A stretch of DNA of 64,000 nt, from assembly GCF_009914755.1 (NCBI RefSeq), contig NC_060929.1; one strand, given 5' to 3'. The position numbers and the translations under genes were made by a program. The notes below the pieces were generated by a model that saw nothing but the letters and a program-made list of their open reading frames with translations, made no database searches and had not been told where the DNA came from. Origin of the DNA: the human T2T-CHM13v2.0 reference genome, Homo sapiens. This document shows, piece after piece, positions 56,347-64,000 of this stretch; the stretch's first letter is position 1, and every line of letters starts with the position of its first letter.

Positions 56347-56895
56347 TCAGGTCAGCTTAGCTTTCTTCTTAGCAGGTCCTTTATGCCCTTTGGCCTTTCT
56401 TCTTAAATTCCGCCTGTCTACCACAGGCACTTCCACTTCTATTTCCTCTGAGCTGCTATCCACAGCTTTTTCTGCCGATTGTGTAAACTGATCCAGTTGC
56501 TCGGAAGATGCTTCAGACTGCTCCTCTGACTGATTCTTCTGTCCTGCATTCTGTGAAAATGGCACGTCTTCAAGTTCAACCTCTATCAAAGAACTCTGAG
56601 GAAGAGCAGTAGATGTTTCCTGGGGCTCAGATACCCCCTCCTCACCCTGGTCTTCCAATGAGGAAGTAGTATTAGGAGACAAATTCTCAGAGACCGGTTC
56701 TTCGGAAAATTCAGCTATCACAGAGTTTGGAAAACCACCATCAGATCGTTCTTCATTTGACATAGTAGCAACATTGTCTGAACTCCCAAGATGTGCTTTC
56801 TTTCTTGGAAGTAGGGACAATTTCTCTTCCATGTGCCCCTTTTCATCAGATGTGCCTTCATCCATCAACATTTCTGAGTCAGGTATACGTGGGGT
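56347..56895 (-). CDS. FAM169A: FAM169A last exon coding part (549 nt), acidic and disordered, ending in a basic NLS-like tail RRNLRRKAKGHKGPAKKKAKLT*
   Basis: ttttcag|AC acceptor; ORF 56347-56871; recognised C-terminus and synteny with NSA2. Confidence 0.92.
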   Translation of the reverse strand, partial: TPRIPDSEMLMDEGTSDEKGHMEEKLSLLPRKKAHLGSSDNVATMSNEERSDGGFPNSVIAEFSEEPVSENLSPNTTSSLEDQGEEGVSEPQETSTALPQSSLIEVELEDVPFSQNAGQKNQSEEQSEASSEQLDQFTQSAEKAVDSSSEEIEVEVPVVDRRNLRRKAKGHKGPAKKKAKLT

Positions 56896-57817
56896 CTGAA
56901 AATTAAAAACCTGGTCAACAAATAAACTTGTACTACAGTTCTAAAAATAAATTCTCAGGCTCTAATATGCAGTGACACTGAACTAGAATTTAATTCGGTA
57001 TTCATTACTCAAAATCGAGTATTTTTTTGAATTTCTGTTCTGCTATATGTGTATATATTCTGAATACAACTCAATTTCTTCAAAATTGTTTCACATGGTA
57101 ATTTTAATACTAAGTTATTACTTTGAGGATATAATGAAATAATTATTTCATAATTAAGACACATTAAGCTTCATATCAAGATTCTTTAAAACCATGAATC
57201 AACTCAGTTTTTTTAGTTTCCTGGTGTTACTGGAGCCAGAACCAAAAATACCTTGGGACTTCACTGCGCTACCACACTACGTTTGACTACGATTTCATTA
57301 GATAAGTTAGGGCAATGGAAGTTTTATTCTTTTGCTTAGGTGAGACACTAATAATGCCATACAACAGTTTTTTAGCCATAAGTTGTAATATTCAAAAGTA
57401 ACAAAATTAAATTTCTTTTAAAATACTCCAACAAGTTTTTTCCCCCACTAACCTAATCTGTCTGCCTAATTAAAACAAATATAAATTACTGTTTTGGTCA
57501 TAGTCTATGTAACAAATATAGGTACTCAAATATTTGGTAAATAATGCTTTATCCAATTTTCTAAGCATTTCCTAACTACAAAGTATTAAAAGTAATAAAA
57601 CTCATTTTGTTACCACATATCAGATATGAATAAGGTTATTATTTGAATTTATAGAATATTACTGATTTTCTTATAATATCAAATCTAGTATAAAAGTTAA
57701 TCTTCCTAAAGCACTGTACATGTAAAGGTGGAAGCAAATATATATACCATGCACCCTCCTCGCTAATGTCACCAACATTGGTAAACTTTATTAAAAAATA
57801 GCTCATTGCCCCCTTAC

Positions 57818-58021
57818 CTTATCTGGTGCATCTACCTCAGGGGGTTTTGAAGATTCTACCACCAGTGGAACAAGATTTGTAGAGTCTTCACTGGAATTAA
57901 AAGGCTGCAATTTTAATTCTTCATCTAAAACTTCACTAGTGGAGTCTTCCTCTTCTGTTATAAGTGAGGTCTTAAGAGAATCGTCCATTATCTCACCATT
58001 CATAGGCTCTAATTCAGATTC
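57818..58021 (-). CDS. FAM169A: FAM169A penultimate exon (204 nt): ESELEPMNGEIMDDSLKTS...PEVDAPDK
   Basis: gtag|GA acceptor, AAG|gtaagg donor; phase 0 with the last exon. Confidence 0.92.
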
Positions 58022-59066
58022 CTACACCATGAGGAGAGAGGGAAAAAGTAAGGACATGATTACAAACTAACTTATTTGTCATGCATGACGGGTCCCTTCT
58101 CAGTGCCTACCTATCCTACACCAAGACTCAAATTTACATTATAGGACATGGGTTAAAGAACAGTCTTACTGGGGGAAGGAGGAAACTCATAAGGCAATAT
58201 CAGCAAAATAAAATAATCCTGAGTACCCCGTACTCCCACTGCTCTTAAGGAAAGATGGGGCAGGACCAGGATGCTCTGTGGACACACAGTATGGGTCGGA
58301 GATTCAATGAAAAGACCCTACCCACTTGTTGTTCCTCCTTCTTAGAGGGCAATCATGGAAAGAACTTTTTCAGGAAAAAGGCACCAGACAGAGTATAGAC
58401 TTGATGCTAGCTCTTTACATAACACCAGCTGTTCAGCATCTGGAATCTATGGGAAATTACAGTTTTCTGTGCCAGAGGTAGGAAGCACTACCAGTCTTAT
58501 GGGAAGTTCAGTTTGGGTGCTGCATCTTGCTGGGAGGAGAGAGCCCTAGTCTCAGTCAACACCAGGGTCATTTCTGAACAGTCCTGCTCCTTGCATATCA
58601 TTAAAGTATGGAAATGCTATTTGATAACATGAACTCTCCAATTTCTAAAATTCTCCCAATGTTTATCCATTTACTTCTATTTAATATCAAGTATTTCTAA
58701 TCCTGACATTCTAATAATTAAGGGGAATTTTATTACCATTATTAAAATTATAAAACTGATGCATTCAAGTGTTCACAAATAGATTTGACTGTGTAGGACC
58801 CCTAAAAGCATATCAAGGAAATTTTTCCAAAAGAGAAATCACGGTTTTTAATTTTTCTATAGTAAAAAATTTATTAAATTGTTCTAAAATAAAAATTGTC
58901 TATAAAATATCTATTTTATTATATCATATGATACACAGAATAGAGTTCACACAGAAGGTAATATAAAGCTCATAAAAATGACGAGAGTCGAGAGACATAT
59001 AATCTAGAGTTACTGGTCATTCCCATAGATAAAACAGTTGAAGTCATGAGATCGGATGTATTTTCA

Positions 59067-59444
<378 letters not shown>

Positions 59445-59525
59445 TTATAAAGTGAGGAGACTAGAGAACTTCAGGAAGAGAGGGTAATCAACCCAGGCTA
59501 AAAAAAAAAAAAAAAAAAAAAAATA

Positions 59526-59913
<388 letters not shown>

Positions 59914-59930
59914 TTAAAAGTGAAAAAAAG

Positions 59931-60226
59931 GCCAGGCACCGTGGCTCACGCCTATAATCCCAGCACTTTGGAAGCCAAGGCAGGTGGATCACAAGGTCAG
60001 GAGTTCAAGACCAGCCTGGCCAAGATGGTGAAACCCCATCTCTACTAAAAATACAAAAATTAGCTGGGCATGGTGGCAGGCGCCTGTAATCCCAGGTACT
60101 CGGGAGGCTGAGGCAGAGAATTGCTTGAACCTGGGAGGTAGAGGTTGCAGTTAAGCCTAGATTGCACCACTGCATTCCAGCCTGGGCAACAGAGTGAGAC
60201 TCCGTCTCAAAAGAAAAAAAAGAAAA
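59931..60226 (+). mobile_element. Alu (AluSg-like)
   Basis: GGATCACAAGGTCAGGAGTTC...GGCCAAGATGG. Confidence 0.9.
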
Positions 60227-60370
60227 CCCCACAAATACGTATTTCCATAAACATCTAGATGCATACAAATCCTGTTTTTAAAAAATACGTGCTTTTAACT
60301 TCCTATATGTGCTTTTTTTCATTTTCCCAATTTTCTACAATAAAAGTACCATTTAAAAATACAGTTTCCA

Positions 60371-60651
60371 GCTAGGCGCCGTGGTTTATGCCTGTAATCC
60401 CAGCACACTGGGAGGCAGAGGGGAGAGGATCACTTGAGGTCCAGAGTTCAAGACCGGACTGGCCAACATTGGCAAAAACCCCATCTCTACTGAAAATACA
60501 AAAATTAGCCTGGCATGGTGGCACATGCCTAATTCAAGCTACTTGGGAGGCTAAAGCATGAGAATCGCTTAAACTCAGGAGGTGGAGGTTGTAGTGAGCT
60601 GAGTTCGTGCCACTGCACTCCAGCCTTCATGACAGAGAATCTGTCTCAAAA
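60371..60651 (+). mobile_element. Alu (diverged AluS-like)
   Basis: Dimer ending in an (AC)n-decayed tail. Confidence 0.88.
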
Positions 60652-60679
60652 CACACACACACGTATGTATATATATAGT

Positions 60680-60777
60680 TTCCTATCAAATAGTGGGATA
60701 AGGACATGAATAGATAATTCTCAAAAGAAGATATACAAATGGCCAACAAACATGGAAAAATGCTCAACATCACTAAT
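60680..60777 (+). mobile_element. L1 ORF2 fragment interrupted by the LTR
   Basis: AAGGACATGAATAGATAATTCTCAAAAGAAGATATACAAATGGCCAACAAACATGGAAAAATGCTCAACATCACTAAT is typical L1 sequence. Confidence 0.85.
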
Positions 60778-61202
60778 TGTGATGGCTAATACTGTCAACT
60801 TGATTGGATTGAAGGATGCAAGGTATTGTTCCTGGGTGTGTCTATAAGGAGATAAACATTTGAGTCAGTGGACTGGGAGAGGCAGACGCACCCTCAATCT
60901 GGGTGGGCACCATCTAATCAGCTGCCAGCATGGCCAGAATAAAAAGCAGGCAGAAGAACGTGGAGAGATTAGACCAGCTTAGCCTCCCAGCCTACATCTT
61001 TCTCCTGTGCTGGATGATTCCTGCCCTCAAACATCAGACTCCAGGTTCTTCAGCTTCAGGACTCAGACTGGCTTCCTTGCTCCTCAGCTTGCAGACAGCC
61101 TATTGTGGGACCTTGTGATCATGCAAGTTAATATTCCTTAATAAACTCCCCTTTATATATACATCTGTCCTATTAGTTCCATTCCTCTAGAGAACCCTAA
61201 CA
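60778..61202 (+). mobile_element. MLT2A-type 5' LTR of a HERV-L provirus
   Basis: Starts TGTGATGGCTAATACTGTCAACTTGATTGGATTGAAGG and ends AGAGAACCCTAACA (TG...CA); inserted into an L1 fragment. Confidence 0.88.

Positions 61203-64000
<2,798 letters not shown>

Overview
Human (or very close great-ape) genomic DNA corresponding to the GFM2-NSA2-FAM169A locus. On the minus strand are GFM2 (mitochondrial ribosome-recycling GTPase EF-G2mt) exons 1-19; the last exons lie left of the window. All coding exon boundaries were read as GT/AG and keep one frame for 674 codons. GFM2 shares a CpG-island bidirectional promoter at ~41.6-42.5 kb with the complete 6-exon NSA2 gene (+ strand, 260 aa, 60S biogenesis factor, TCT/TOP-like start). 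The last two exons and ~3.9-kb 3'UTR of FAM169A (- strand) converge on the NSA2 3' end. The rest is repeat-rich intron: ~29 Alus, a rearranged L1PB, old L1M/MIR/MER/Tigger elements, two U6 retropseudogenes, and the 5' part of an MLT2A/HERV-L provirus at the right end. I found no evidence for a wholly new biological system. The best leads are regulatory or structural: a splice-switchable GFM2 uORF, an Alu-derived N-terminal exon, a candidate poison microexon, an apparently non-reference GFM2 coding haplotype, a duplication-plus-inversion in NSA2 intron 5, an antisense U6 in the FAM169A 3'UTR, and a CpG-preserved AluJ with a triplicated target site. Repeat boundaries and subfamily calls are by eye and approximate.
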